From contig NC_042998.1 of assembly GCF_006345805.1 (NCBI RefSeq), forward strand, positions 176,886,001-176,950,000: a DNA stretch of 64,000 nucleotides, read 5' to 3'. The notes beneath the pieces were generated by a model. That model was not told the DNA's origin, did no database searches, and saw only the letters and a program-made list of their open reading frames with translations. This stretch comes from Octopus sinensis. Its lineage: Eukaryota. The translations under genes were made by a program, and so were the position numbers. Below are positions 10,531 through 24,336 of this stretch, one piece after another (the stretch's first letter is position 1; every line of letters begins with the position of its first letter).

Positions 10531-11155
10531 CAGGGGTCCCAATCATTTTTTATCCATGGACCCCTTTGATCACTATTTTATTCTGGTGAACCCCCATAGC
10601 CATCCGATGTTTAAAAACTAGTTTCATAGAAACTTCTTGCAAAATTCGTATTTTGTTTTTCACATATTAACTTGTGTAGGTTGAACTATATAAAATGTTA
10701 GGGAAAGAAACCTAGCTGTTTCTTATTCCTTTATTGCCTACAAGGGGCTAAACATAGAGGGGACAAACAAGAACAGACAAACGGATTAAGTCGATTACAT
10801 CGAGCCCAGTGCGTAACTGGTACTTATTTAATCGACCCCGAAAGGATGAAAGGCAAAGGCGACCTCGGCGGAATTTAAACTCAGAACGTAACGGCAGACG
10901 AAATACTGCTAAGCATTTCGCCCGGCGTGCTAACGATTCTGCCAGCTAGCTGTTTCTTGCAATACATACCCATACATACATCTAAAGCAGCATTTTCCCA
11001 GGGGCCTTTAAAATACTATTGTGGATCTCCAATTTACCATTTTGTTACGTGGATCCCTCAAAAATCTTATATAGATCTTCAGAAGTCATACGGACCCCAC
11101 CAGAATAAAATAGTAATTAAAGGGTCCATAGGTAAAAATTGATTGAGAACCCCTG
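10531..11155. mobile_element. hAT-like MITE (CAGGGG TIRs) interrupted by a SINE
   Basis: TIRs caggggtcccaatc / gattgagaacccctg; inverted relative at 13783-14548. Confidence 0.8.
10725..10945 (-). mobile_element. SINE family B nested in the hAT MITE
   Basis: 13-bp TSD ctagctgtttctt at 10712-10724 and 10946-10958; single-copy empty site in the 14.37-kb relative. Confidence 0.9.
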
Positions 11156-11454
11156 ATGTAGAGTAACCGTGTAAATATCCCTGTAAAATGTTGTGTATAT
11201 AATATGGTGTTAGCTATACCAGGAACATTGTTTTATTGCCTTATGAAACCTATCCTCATCATATTAAGTGGTTATACAGTAATCTCTCCACCTTGATCGG
11301 TCTATTCTGCTCTACATGCTCGGAATAGCTGCAAAACCTAATACAAAACAAAACTTTCTATTGTATTAAAATTAAAAGAACCCATTGCTTTGTCAAGTCC
11401 TGGATACAACACTTGTGACCAAAATGGTCGCAGCCAGACTAGAATCTTTTCTGT

Positions 11455-12215
11455 TTGGTTGCTAGCAGCTGCCAGCGTCAAGTTTCTGTTCGAATTGGTT
11501 TTATATTCAGTGTAATGATACACTTTTATAGGTTAATTAATGACGTGAAAGTAATTTTCGCTATAAATCAATAAATAAAGAGTTATTAGTAATTAAAGTT
11601 TGAAAATTTTGGCAATTTTAGCCAATCGTAAGCCACAGACACATTCATGTCTGTTTCGATAGTAACAAGTTGAAACATGAGAATTCTTTTGCCTGTTGCC
11701 ATAGTAATAGTCTTTGAAAAGTCTGCGAGAAAGCACGTGTTGACAGCAGTCTTGTTTACTCGTTTCTTCTTGTCATTGAGCATTGAGGTGATTGTGAGGT
11801 GTGCTAAAAATAACAGCTAAATAAGACTTTTTTCGATAAATCTTTTAAATGAAAGTTTATTTGCCAACATCTCGCTTAGAGATTTAAACCTGCTTTTCTC
11901 TTTCAAATTGACATAAACATTTATTTACGTGCAAGAAAATTATCGGAGACATAACACGTGTTGACCAATATTGACAACACGTGCTATTTTCAGGACATTG
12001 ACGACAAAATGTGCAGTCACGCACAAAGTGACAGCTTCCAAATCCTGTTTCCTGACTGGGTGAAAATGATCAAAATTTAAGCCTCTATAACTTTTTAAAA
12101 ACATTTTTCTGGAAAAAATAAAACAACTCCAGCATTTCAGTTTGGGCAAGTGTATTATTGTACCAAATTTAAAAAAATTCGGTACACTTTAATTTTTGGA
12201 ACCGCTGGCAACCAA
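11455..12215. mobile_element. Old non-coding DNA element, probable deletion derivative of the Merlin-like element at 60.8-61.9 kb
   Basis: 11575-11680 resembles 60776-60880; 12010-12170 resembles 61770-61935; ends are approximate. Confidence 0.5.
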
Positions 12216-12589
12216 GCAGAAAAGATCCCCGGATTATCTTTGATTATAGGTCTGCTTGCTTAGAGATGACCTGGAGTTAAATAACATTATCAACACCATT
12301 ATTGTAGCTGTTTTACCACCACCACCACCACCTCTTCGATTGCTATCGCAAGCAGCAGTAGCTTTCTTCAACCGAATACACGTTGTTGATTACCCAAATA
12401 CGACAACTTTAACACGAAATAACTTCTAAAATACGAAATTTTGTCAAAAACGTTCAGAGTTAACCGTGTTCTACATGAGAAATTCTACCAGTATTCGAAG
12501 TTTCAAACTGTTTAGTTAAAAAAAAATTAATTAAAAAAAAATCTGTGATTGAGATGGAATAGATCCACACTTTCATGGCCACCACATAC

Positions 12590-13200
12590 TATCACCAACA
12601 ATAGCACCACCATCTCCACCACCACCACCGCCACCGCTGCCACCACCACCGCTACCACCACCATCGCCATCACTATCACTATCAGTATTGCTATCAACAA
12701 GACTGCCATTAACACTCTCACTGCCATTCTCATTATCAGCACCATTCTCACCAATACTACCTTCATTGTTCAAGTTTTCATTATCGTCACCACGACGACG
12801 ACGACAACGACGACGACGACAACGACGACGACGACGACCACCACCACCACCACCACCACCACCACAGCAACAACAACCATCGTTACAACCACAACTATCA
12901 AAACTACTACTACTACCACCACCAGCACTACCACCGAATCCACCGCTTCCAGCAACAGCAGCTTCATTAGTAACATAAACGTTACTTCCACTTTCAGCGC
13001 CGCCACTGCGTCCATTAACCCCACAACCACAGTTTATATCCGCAATTCCTTCCACTCTTCTTTCTCTGAATCATTACCTCGGCCACTAACCACCACCACC
13101 AACACTGCTCCCAGCATCACCAGTAACGACAATAAAAATACTATCTCCATCACCATCACCATCACCACCACCACCACTATCATCATCATCATCATCATAA
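12590..13200. repeat. Degenerate trinucleotide (CAC/ACC/GAC/CAT) repeat field
   Basis: Seen directly; it generates the Thr/Val-rich ORFs. Confidence 0.9.
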
Positions 13201-13407
13201 ACATCATTAGTGTAGCCCATCCAACGAACTTGAAACCGATTCCAAGAACCAATCCTCAACATTATTTAAATCACTAGACAGGAAGAATATGATTTACAGA
13301 AAGCTGAAGTTGACATTTTACATATTTTTCTCAGCAGCATTTCCACGAGTTTTATACAGCTTTTCGTCTTTCTTTTCTCTTTCTCTCTCCTTCAGGTCAC
13401 ACTTTCT

Positions 13408-13446
<39 letters not shown>

Positions 13447-13782
13447 ATCTAGTATTACCATCCTTACTCCAAAATCTCCCGCTGTTATTCATTCAAGAAG
13501 AAATTCATTCAGAAAAACCACTCAAATCAACAAACAAAGAAGAAATTGTTAAAAGACAGAAAAGTGATGAATTACAGCAGCCGGTTTATTTACGTCTGCG
13601 CGCAAGAAAGGAAGTGTTTATCGCTTAGAAAACATTATTACCGATTTCACTAGCTTGCTCTAAATGTTCTTAATGTTCATAGGCGTGAGTCGCTGAACCT
13701 GAAGAAATTGGATGAAAAACTTTCGCTACTAGCAAACATAAGCAACAACTGCTGGAAACACTAGATCATGGTACAACTAGTT

Positions 13783-14548
13783 CAGTGGTTCTTAACTGAG
13801 GGTCCATATAAGATTTCTGGAGGGCCCACGCAACAAAATAATAAATTGGCGATCCACAATAGTGATTTAAGAGCCCCTGAAAAGATTTCGCGGATCATTT
13901 CGGTTTGAACGGCAGTTTTTTAAAATAATTTCCACGTAACTAAACACTTTTAAACTTCGTATACTGGTAGAATGTGTTTATAAGACATCTTTTTCTCTTG
14001 GCTTTATTGAGAAAATTCTATAGTTTGTAAGATATTTGTTGTTTTTTTTCTTCAATTTCTACAATTTCAATGACGTCTATTGAGGTGAAAACATTCTGTG
14101 TCGTATGAATATGTCCCTCGTTTAAGAAACAGATTGGGTTTATTTACATTTCTGAAGAAAAAAGATACCCTTTCCCCACCCTAACCCTAACCCAAAATCT
14201 AACTACCCTAACTAACCCTAACCCTAAAACAGATTGAAATGCAATAGATCGATACTAGGGTCATAATTATGGGTGACAATTTCATATGACACCGCTAGAA
14301 AAAACTACTGTTCAAACCGAAAAGATCCGATTTCGCTTTAGATATATGTATTGGAATGTATTGCAAGAAACAGCTAGGTTTTTTTTTTCCCTAACATGTT
14401 ACATAGTTCAACATACACAAGTTAATGTGTGAAGAATTTGAAAGAAGGAATTTTGAAAGAAGTTTCCATGAAACTAGTTTTTAAACATCGAATGGTTATG
14501 GGGGTTCACCAGAATAAAATATGGATAAAAAATGGTTGAGAACCCCTG
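13783..14548. mobile_element. hAT-like MITE, second copy, with a nested MITE
   Basis: TIRs cagtggttcttaac / gttgagaacccctg; body homologous (inverted) to 10531-11155. Confidence 0.8.
13892..14328. mobile_element. MITE with GG-starting ~29-bp TIRs and 8-bp TSD (Merlin-like)
   Basis: TIR ggatcatttcggtttgaacggcagttttt / aaaaactactgttcaaaccgaaaagatcc; TSD gatttcgc at 13884-13891 and 14329-14336; CCCTAA-like repeats at ~14178-14227. Confidence 0.8.
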
Positions 14549-14714
14549 CACATAATCTTTGGCAGCTCCACTATGCCTACAGTGTCTTAGAGTTCAAATA
14601 TAGTTCAGATGTTTAACACAGGGATCGGAATGATGGGGACTTTATGCCCTAATATACTATAAACCAATGCAATGGAATTTAAATTCCTGATATGTCTTTG
14701 ACATTCTTTCTTTT

Positions 14715-15150
14715 CTCTTTTATGTTTTGATTGTTTCAGTCATTGGAGTGCGGCCATGCTGGGGCATCACTTTGAAGGGTTTGGTCGAACAAATAGACAC
14801 CAGTGCTTATTTTTTAAAGCCTGGTACTTAATCTCTCCGACTCTTTTTGCCGAACCACTAATTTACGGGGACGTACACAAACCAACATCGGTTGTCAAGC
14901 GGTGGCAAGGGAACAAACACAAATACAGACACACATATAAATACACACTCACACATATTGACACACACATACAGATACACACGCACACACATACTTAGAT
15001 ACACGCACACGCTCACACACATATATTATGTCGATGGCCTTCTTTTAGTTTTTGCTTATCAAAACCACTCCATACTTGCCCAAGATGCCGCGTAATAGGA
15101 CAGAACCCAAGGCGATATGATTAGGAAGCAAGCTTCTTAACCACGCAGTT
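14715..15150 (-). mobile_element. Diverged SINE family A
   Basis: Tail gtttcagtcattggagtgcggccatgctgg and degenerate head at ~15090-15150. Confidence 0.75.
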
Positions 15151-15549
15151 ACAACTACGAAACATTGGTTTCAGTTTTTCTATCGTTGCTTTGGAAAATA
15201 GGAATTACACCATAGACCATCGAAATAGCCTGATGCATTTATGAATTCCTCGAGATCATTATGAATTTTTCAACATTAAAAGCAATAAACAAGGACTCAG
15301 CTCACCGTGGAAGAAAGCCTGACCCCAACACAACGGAACTCATAACACATATCTAATAATGATTTCCTATGTAGTCAAATGCCTCAGATTTTTAGATGAG
15401 ATGAAGAGGATGCTGTGATGTCCACGCCTTTCTCGAGGTCATTAATAATTCCAGTAACAATTTTCCACATTGCCACATTTGAAATTTAGGACATGGCTAA
15501 TCGAATCAAATCTATGTTTAGTGTTACTTTGATCAGCTCCAGAATACCC

Positions 15550-15770
15550 ATTTCTTTACTACCCACAAGGGGCTAAACATAGAGGGGACAAACAAGGACA
15601 GACAAACGGATTAAGTCGATTACATCGACCGCAGTGCGTAACTGGTACTTAATTTATCGACCCCGAAAGGATGAAAGGCAAAGTTGACCTCGGCGGAATT
15701 TGAACTCAGAACGTAACGGCTGACGTAATACGGCTACGCATTTCGCCCGGCGTGCTAACGATTCTGCCAG
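15550..15770 (-). mobile_element. SINE family B
   Basis: Matches the 10181-10411 body; TSD cagaataccc at 15540-15549 and 15771-15780. Confidence 0.9.
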
Positions 15771-18160
15771 CAGAATACCCCCAAAAGGTTTGATAAAATA
15801 AGTTGTTTTTTTGCGAGATTTGAAACCAGAATGTGCGAGAAGACAAATATTGCAGGCCGTTTAGTCTGTCGTTGAATCAATTCAGCTACTTCACCATCTG
15901 ACATTAATCCTAATATTGGAGTATTTTCAGAAAAAAAAAAGAAAAAAAATCCAAAATACTGAAATGTTCCAACTGTGATATTTACTGTTGAACCGATAAG
16001 TTTATACATATGTGAAACCAGAAGTAAAATATATTATATTTTAGAATTCGTTTTATTTTATTTTCTCTTCTCTTTATGCTATCAACGGTTAAATGACATT
16101 TCCTCTCGTACATGGTATCAACAGTTATGTTGATATACTGATATAAAAAGCTAACTGCCTGAGGTTGCTGGTTTTAGGTTATTGATTTTGAGTCAGTGTT
16201 AACAAGCTGAGATCAGCTTGTTAACCGGTAAGAACCAATAAATACATAAAGAAATGGAGATTAGTTTGTTTCTAGGTATAGTAACTGATGAAAGGCAATG
16301 AAGTGAACAAAAATTATTGACTTTATGTTTTGAAGAAAGCTTATGCAAACGACAAGTCACTAGTAAATAATTTGCTATAGGATGTGAACTGCGTTTGAAG
16401 AGTACACTTTATCCGCAGAAGATGCACACACGCATGCACTCACACACATACACGCACGCACATAGTTACCCCCCACACATACATATAATATATCAGCAGG
16501 ATGATATTAAAAATGGTCGCCAAAATCTGTCTAAATTATATTGAGCGATCCATTATGTACGCATACACCCCATCCTCCTCCTACACGCGCATACACAGAC
16601 ATAGACATGTACATAATTATTTTCCTCTGTTACAAACACTAAACCACTTGTCTTTACACCTAGTAGAAGTTTTGATTGGAAATGTCCACCTAAACCTCTT
16701 GTGTCGATAGGTATATATATATTTGTTGTGCAAGATTTTTTATGTGAAATCGTGTGTTGAAACAGATATGACCATCCTGAAATACAACAATATATATATG
16801 TATATATATATATATATATGTATATATCAGAAGTATTATGCCTATGTAGACCAGAGCATTCTTTTCTACAGTCAGCTTTGTATATTATTTTACCATCATG
16901 TCGCAATAGGATGTACTATTTTAATAGCACTTTTGGGCAGCTGCTAATACGTGTAATATTTTACTCAAAATATATATAACATAATCGATATTTTCGCTCT
17001 CGTCTCGAGAATTTATAAGCTTCACTGTCTCTATTGTCCATGAATTATTTTGCAGTTATCTCCTGCTCCTGAATTACAAGAGCATAATCTTCGAAACGTG
17101 ACGTTAGTGTAACAGACCAGTGTAATAAAAAGCAATATTTCTCTTATCATACTCAAGTTACGAGAGAATACCTATGCAAATCCCTTGCGGATCCTCTTTT
17201 GGGGTACTATGCAGAAGGATTCACGTCTAAGTTTAGTTAAGATACACTATTCCAATAAATTCTGTGGTTGCATGGAGACCATCGGAAAGGGAATACTTCT
17301 TGTGAATATTACCCGCCCGTAGTACTTCACTTAGTTCTCAGCACTTAGTTGTTATATCTATTTTTTCAGCTATTGTTGGGTAGAAGCTGTCTGTGCGATA
17401 CGACACTAATTTTAAACTATTCCTTTGCTATCTTCTTTTGAGATAGAATTTGTCAATATCACTGGCATACGGGAGGGTTGCAGTTGGTATGAAGATCTTG
17501 CAGATCTTGATAGCCCTGGAGTGGTTTTACTATATAGATCAGTGAACCATTTCAGGTTTTGGCACTAGTATTGGTCCTGAGAAGGAATTATAAAATATTT
17601 TTCTGTTGCGAGAAGAAAATTTTGACTGTCATTTTATTCTATGTTCCGTTATAATATTCACTGGGATTTCAGAATACCTTTGTGTGGTACAGTTTTGTCA
17701 AAGCCTCGGTAATTGTAATAATCGTTGAGTGACAAGAAGAGATATTCCATTAATGTAAAGGATTTGGGATTTAGGAAGCAGTTTTTTTTTCGTTCAGCTA
17801 TTCTTTTGGCAAAATTCCAATCCCAGAAAATGTTGGTAAATACAGCTGGATCAGCTAAAATGTTAGTAAATACAGCTGTTTCTCGACATTATAAATGTTT
17901 TCTGTATATATCTTCGAATTATTCACAAAGAAATTATGGATTACATTGATGTCTTTGCTGCTGTAGACCCTTACACATAACTGCTGGATATTTGTTAAAG
18001 AAATGACAATGGAATTAGTGCTAATATAAATAGAAGTTCAGACAGACTGTCTCTTTGGAATATTCATTGTGAAATGCCTTCCTGGCATTAATTTTTATAT
18101 GTATGTATAAATGTATGTATGCCTGCATGTATAATGCATCCGTGTATGTATGTATGTATG

Positions 18161-18191
<31 letters not shown>

Positions 18192-18644
18192 GTATGCATG
18201 CGTGCGTGTATGTATGTATGTATGTATGTATGTATGTATGTATGTGTGCGCTTATATGCTTATATGTATGTATATAGGTTTGTTTACTTATAGATGTGTT
18301 TATGTGATGTGTTCTCCATTTGTTTTTTACTTCATGTGGATAAAATGTACAAACGTACACACGCACACACACACACACACCACACACACATACACACACA
18401 CACATACACATATATAAACTCTCCTGTCTTTTGTATTTTACCAAACTGTGAACTCTTGCGTAACCTCTTATGTAACATGCAGTCATTGATTGACCTTGCA
18501 TAGATCTTTCCTGTTTATGGCAAATGGTTTTGATGTGGATTAAATTATAGTTTTTTTTTTTTTGAGAGTTTGATATGAATAGATGATGAATCATTTGTCA
18601 TTAGTTGCCTGATAATCCCCACTGCCAAGCAAAATTTTCCTTCG

Positions 18645-19040
18645 ACTCTCACTCACTCACTCTATTCCCCCACTCTCTCACTCTCTCACTCACTCACTCA
18701 CTCTATTCCCCTCCCTCTATTCCCCCCACTCTCTCACTCACTCACTCACTCACTCTATTCCCCCACTCACTCACTCACTCACTCTATTCCCCCACTCACT
18801 CACTCACTCACTCACTCACTCACTCTATTCCCCCACTCACTCACTCACTCACTCTATTTCCCCACTCTCTCTCTCACTCACTCACTCACTCACTCACTCA
18901 CTCACTTTATTTCCCCCCTCCCTCACTCACTCACTCACTCACTCTATTCCCCCCACTCTCTCACTCACTCTCTCACTCACTCACACTCATTCACTCACTC
19001 ACTCACTCACTCACTCACTCACTCTATTCCCCTCCCTCTC
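18645..19040. repeat. (ACTC)n microsatellite with a recurring ctctattcccc interruption
   Basis: The interruption recurs about 10 times between variable ACTC runs. Confidence 0.9.
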
Positions 19041-19259
19041 TCTGTCTTTCACTGTCGTTTTCTCCGGGTCTCCCAAAAACCAGTCACACACTCAGTGTTT
19101 GAAAATTAAGATTCCTTACATAGAATTTACATATACATGCATGCGTTAACACATACAATCATACACACATGCATACATACGTACAACATATGTACGTACA
19201 TACAAACATACAACATACATACAGTCACACACACACAGACTCACACAGACACAGACACA

Positions 19260-19297
<38 letters not shown>

Positions 19298-19689
19298 CAT
19301 ATATTAATTATACTCATATACATATGCAGCACTTATAAATATACACACATATATTCACGCACACATATACACATACACACAATACAAATACGAAAGCAAG
19401 TCATACAAATGCACATCTATGGATATATGAGGAGCTGATGTACGAATTTGTAAGAATTATACATTTTCTAAAGGAGTTTGTGACCTAATTAAACGAATTC
19501 TTGATTAGAATCAAAATTGGGCAACAGAGTCAGATTCTGGGAAGCGATTTCTATTTTCTTTTTCCTCTATGATTCTATAAGTACTAGTAATATACTTAGG
19601 TGTAACAGAAAACCTTATTAGGTCTAATGAATCCTCGGGCACCTCCTCCATAGAGTCTTATCAACAGCAGCCGTCATTAGACTTTCAAA

Positions 19690-20096
19690 CATTTGTCTTA
19701 TGAAGAAAGGCTGAAGACGCTCGACCTTTATTCTCTAGAAAAACGACGACGCCGTGGTGATCTCATTCTTGCTCACAACATCATAAGCGGAAAGTGTAAC
19801 CTCTCGAAAGAGCTGTTCTTCACTCCTGCTCCAGAGCGTCGGCTGCGGGGGCACTCCGGAAAGCTCTATCTGCGACGAGTTCACCTCAATCGAAGGAGAG
19901 GGGCTTTCTCCATCCGGGTTGCGGATCCGTGGAATAAGCTGCCGGACGAAATAGTGAAGATGCCGCTCGGTTCAAAGTCTCCCTTGACCACAAATGGCGT
20001 GAACTTTTTGGATGAACACCACCCTGTACATAACTCCATGTCCCCCTACATGGCCTTGCTTTTTGCTTTTTGAGCCAAAATTAACTTAACTTAACT
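19690..20096 (+). mobile_element. CR1-clade LINE 3' fragment
   Basis: SYEERLKTLDLYSLEKRRRRGDLI...RGHSGKL...FSIRVADPWNKLPDEIV is the typical CR1 ORF2 C-terminus; (TTAAC)3 tail at 20081-20095. Confidence 0.9.
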
Positions 20097-21729
20097 AGGA
20101 TGGACTCCCAAGCTTGACTAGCTGAGACTACGGGTATTATCCAACCATCTCGCTCTTCTACTCGTTGGCTCGGCTTGAAAAATTCGTCTTGCGATTCTTT
20201 CCTGCAACATTTTAATCATATGCACAAAGTATCAAAATTGTAACCTCGCAACGCAGAGAAGTAGCGACTCAACCTGGAGAGGCTTCCAGATCTCCGAGCT
20301 ATGTGCCCTGTCGAGTAACGTTACTCCAGAGAAACTTCGGTGGAATACCATTTCGGCCGCTTGTAATCGCGATCACACTCTTTCGGGCATCACCTAACAT
20401 TCTTGTGTTTTGAGGAATTGTTAACTACTAGGCTAATAGGCTAATCGACTACATAAAGTCTGACTTGTTGATTCGAAGAGAAAGAATAGATGGCCAAGAG
20501 AGAGAGAGAGAGAAGTTATGGACTAAATGCATAATATTAATAAAAGATAAACGATAATAAAAGATAAATGATAAAAGATAAACGATACAGTTATTTACAT
20601 CTTTTAGCCTGTAAATGATTCAGACAGTAGAAAATATCTAATTCTTATTTCTCTATTGAATAAATGAAGCATAAAATTTCTGTTTGTATTTTCCAATTTT
20701 CCGTTCTATAATCCTTCATCGAAGGCCGGTGCTTACCATGCGTTGACAAGAGGCAATGACCTCGAAACTATAGTCCGTATGTAGTACCCGGACCTTCGAG
20801 GGAGGATGACCTCCCTTTACAAACAACACAAGGACACTGAGATAGTGTCTAAAGTCCTTCTGGTGACGTTGATCGCCTGGGGCTAAAAGCATCAGTAACC
20901 CCCCCCCAGTGCCTAGCCACATTCAGATGGCTGATACCCCTTACGTCGTTCTATAATGTAATCCCATTATTTTATCAAGGAACTTAGCTACATCTCGTGA
21001 TTCATAAGTGTGCCACGGTGCACTAGTGGGTTGCGAGGTGCCGCCTAAGAACTCTACGTTCTAAAACTCCGAGTTCAAATCTCATCGATATCAATGTTCT
21101 CAATAACTCTTCGAGCGTAGATAAAACATAATAATGATCAACAATATACTGATATTGATTACTTCGATTATAGCAGTTCCAGCCACTCCTTTTGTTGCAA
21201 AAATTGATTTTGTCTCTAAGAAAATAATAATTATTGGATGACGACTAAGAATTCTTCATAATGATACATTCTGTTGCTCAATCCTCACAGCTGCATGATT
21301 CAAAGCTTTATGGTTTCTCGATATCAAAGGTTCGCCATAAAAGAGCCACCGTGTTTGCAATATTAAAACTCATCCCAGGTGGTTTGTTGCTTATAATAAT
21401 ATTTTGCCAAGAGCAGTTTCGTCAGTAATAAAAACCGATGTTGCTTTCCACTTGAGATTAAATCACAAATGTTGTTTTACACTGAAATATTCCTATCACA
21501 CCAACTCCACTAATGTGATCCAATGGGAAGCATAAAAACACATCTGGCGATTTTCTCAAAGACTTGGCCTAACGACTAATAGTTGTCTACAAACTTATTT
21601 TCCATTGCTGGTGATTTTGACTTTCTATACGTGATGATTGCGTCTTCACACACACACACACACACACACACAACACACAATCTTGCTCATACACACAATG
21701 ACAAATTCACACACACACTGACAGACGTA

Positions 21730-21947
21730 CAAGCTGGGATGCTGAAAAGCTCCTGGCTTTGGGTAAAGGAAAGGCAGGAAGATCAGTTAATTATGATTTT
21801 ATTCAACATATTCCCCTCTCAGATTTACATACTTATTACAGCAGTCCTTCAGTTTTTCTAAGCCCTATAAAAGAACTCGGAAGGCTGGGCCTCCAACCAG
21901 GCCTTTCGCGATTCCCTTAATGACAGGAACTTTTCAGCATCATCCCG
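21730..21947. mobile_element. Tc1/mariner-type MITE, second copy
   Basis: Collinear with 183-399; TA flanks. Confidence 0.8.
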
Positions 21948-21958
21948 TATATACTCGC

Positions 21959-22266
<308 letters not shown>

Positions 22267-22269
22267 ATT

Positions 22270-22702
22270 CTTTTCTTTGTTTCTGCCATTTGGCCGAAGC
22301 CACACAGGAACACCGGCTTAAAAGATTTTAGTTGAACAAATCAACCCAACGACTTATTTTTTAAGCCTAGTACTTATTCGGTCGGTGTCTTTTGCCGAAC
22401 GGCTATGTTACGAGGACGTAAGCATGTCAACACCGGTTGTCAGGCGGTGAAAGAGGGACATATACACACACATATACAACCACAGACACACACACACGCA
22501 CACACACACACACACACACATACACACACACACAGACACACAGACACACACACACGCGCGCGCGGCGGACTTCTTTCAGTTTCCACTACCAAATCCATTC
22601 ACAAGGCTTTGGTCGGCCCGAGCTTATAGTAGAAGACACTTACCAAAGATGCCATGGTGTGGGCTTGAACCTAGAACCGTGTGGTTGGGAAGCAAGCTTC
22701 TT
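22270..22702 (-). mobile_element. Diverged SINE family A
   Basis: Body gccgaacggcta..caacaccggttgtca, CA tract, ggctttggtcggcccgag. Confidence 0.75.
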
Positions 22703-23306
22703 ACACCACAAATATTCTCCCACTTACTTGAGTCCCACCATAATCTGTCTGCTTGGCCAGAGGTAATACTGACGCATTCTGCCTTTCCCCTCAACAATTC
22801 CAGCTTCTTCTCCTTTGGTTCGTCTCATACGGTAGGCTCCTGACCTCTGGCACACACATTTCTCCAAACCTTTTCCTCTCAATTCCCATATTGCCCTCCG
22901 GCATCCTTATATACACTTCCATTATTTCGTCATTTTTACTTGCCCATAACCGAAGAGACAAGCCTCTCCACACACCATCTCTCTCTCTGTCTTCCACTTT
23001 CAAAGAAACTGCTACAACTCAAAACAGTTAAATTCTTCACTGAGCTACAATAATTGAACCGACCGAACTAATAGCAACACTCCTATGAAGTAATTCTTAG
23101 AGATGTAGGCCAACACGTGCGTGCGTGTGTGTATGTGTGCGCGCGTGTGTGTGTGCGTGCATGTGCGTATGTGTGTGTTTATATGGTGTGTGTATGTATG
23201 TACGCGTGTGTGTGAATTCTCCCTATATATATATATTTCTCCACGTGCGGTCAACACAACCCCACCATTTATTGATCTATATGTATATATATATATTTAT
23301 ATATTA

Positions 23307-23537
23307 GGCTGCGAGCTGGCAGACACGTTAGCGCGCCGGACGGAATGCTTAGCGGTATTTCGTCTGTCGTTACGTTCTGAGTTCAAATTCCGCCGAGGTC
23401 GACTTTGCCTTTCATCCTTTCGGGGTCGATAAATAAAAGTACCAGATTCGCACTGGGGTCGATGTAATCGACTTAATCCCTTTGTCTGTCCTTGTTTGTC
23501 CCTTCTATGTTTAGCCCCTTGTGGGCAGTAAAGAAAT
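23307..23537 (+). mobile_element. SINE family B, full length
   Basis: ggctgcgagctggcag...gagttcaaattccgccgaggtcgac...gtgggcagtaaagaaata. Confidence 0.9.
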
Positions 23538-24336
23538 ATATATGTATATGTATATTTATATATATATACACCCACAGCCACACACACAAACGCACGCGAA
23601 CATACACTCGCACACATATGTAAATTCGTAGTATGCACATATGCATGCATATGTATGTATGCATGTGTTTATTTCTTTGACTTGTTTCAGTCATTTGACT
23701 GCGGCCATGCTGGAACACCGCCTTATATAAAATCACTATAAGTATATATATATATGTACATGTGTACATATGAACGTATATATGTATCTATATATACATA
23801 GATATATACACATGCACATGTGCATATATATATATATGTATACACACACACACACATACATATATATATACATATATACATACATATATAAATGCATGCA
23901 TGCAAACACATACGTATATACACTCACATACACACATACATACGTCTGTGGTTAAGGTGTCGGGCTGACGATCATTGCTTTGCAAGTAATGAAGATCGAA
24001 AAAAAAACCTTATTCTGTTTGTTTTTGAATTTGTACTTATAATGACATACATTAATTTATGGGTAATCAGTATTAAAGAAAATCAAGAACCTTGCTACAC
24101 ACGGAATGGTGTTTCAGGAATATAATTGTATCCATAAATTCTTGATTGGTCTACATGAGAACTTCAATATAGCTGCGCAAACTGCTGAAATGAATAAGAT
24201 ACCTCTTTCTTCTTCTCTATCTCTCGTTGTCTCTCCTCTGTATATTTTTGTCTCTCTGACCTTAACTATCTCCCTTTAACTCTTTACATATACATATATA
24301 TATATATATATATCTATATATATATGTATATATAAA

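Noticed and set aside
12549-13277. 242-aa Thr-rich mucin-like ORF
   Set aside because: Lies entirely within a degenerate trinucleotide field; no recognisable domain or convincing splice context. Not excluded without RNA data.
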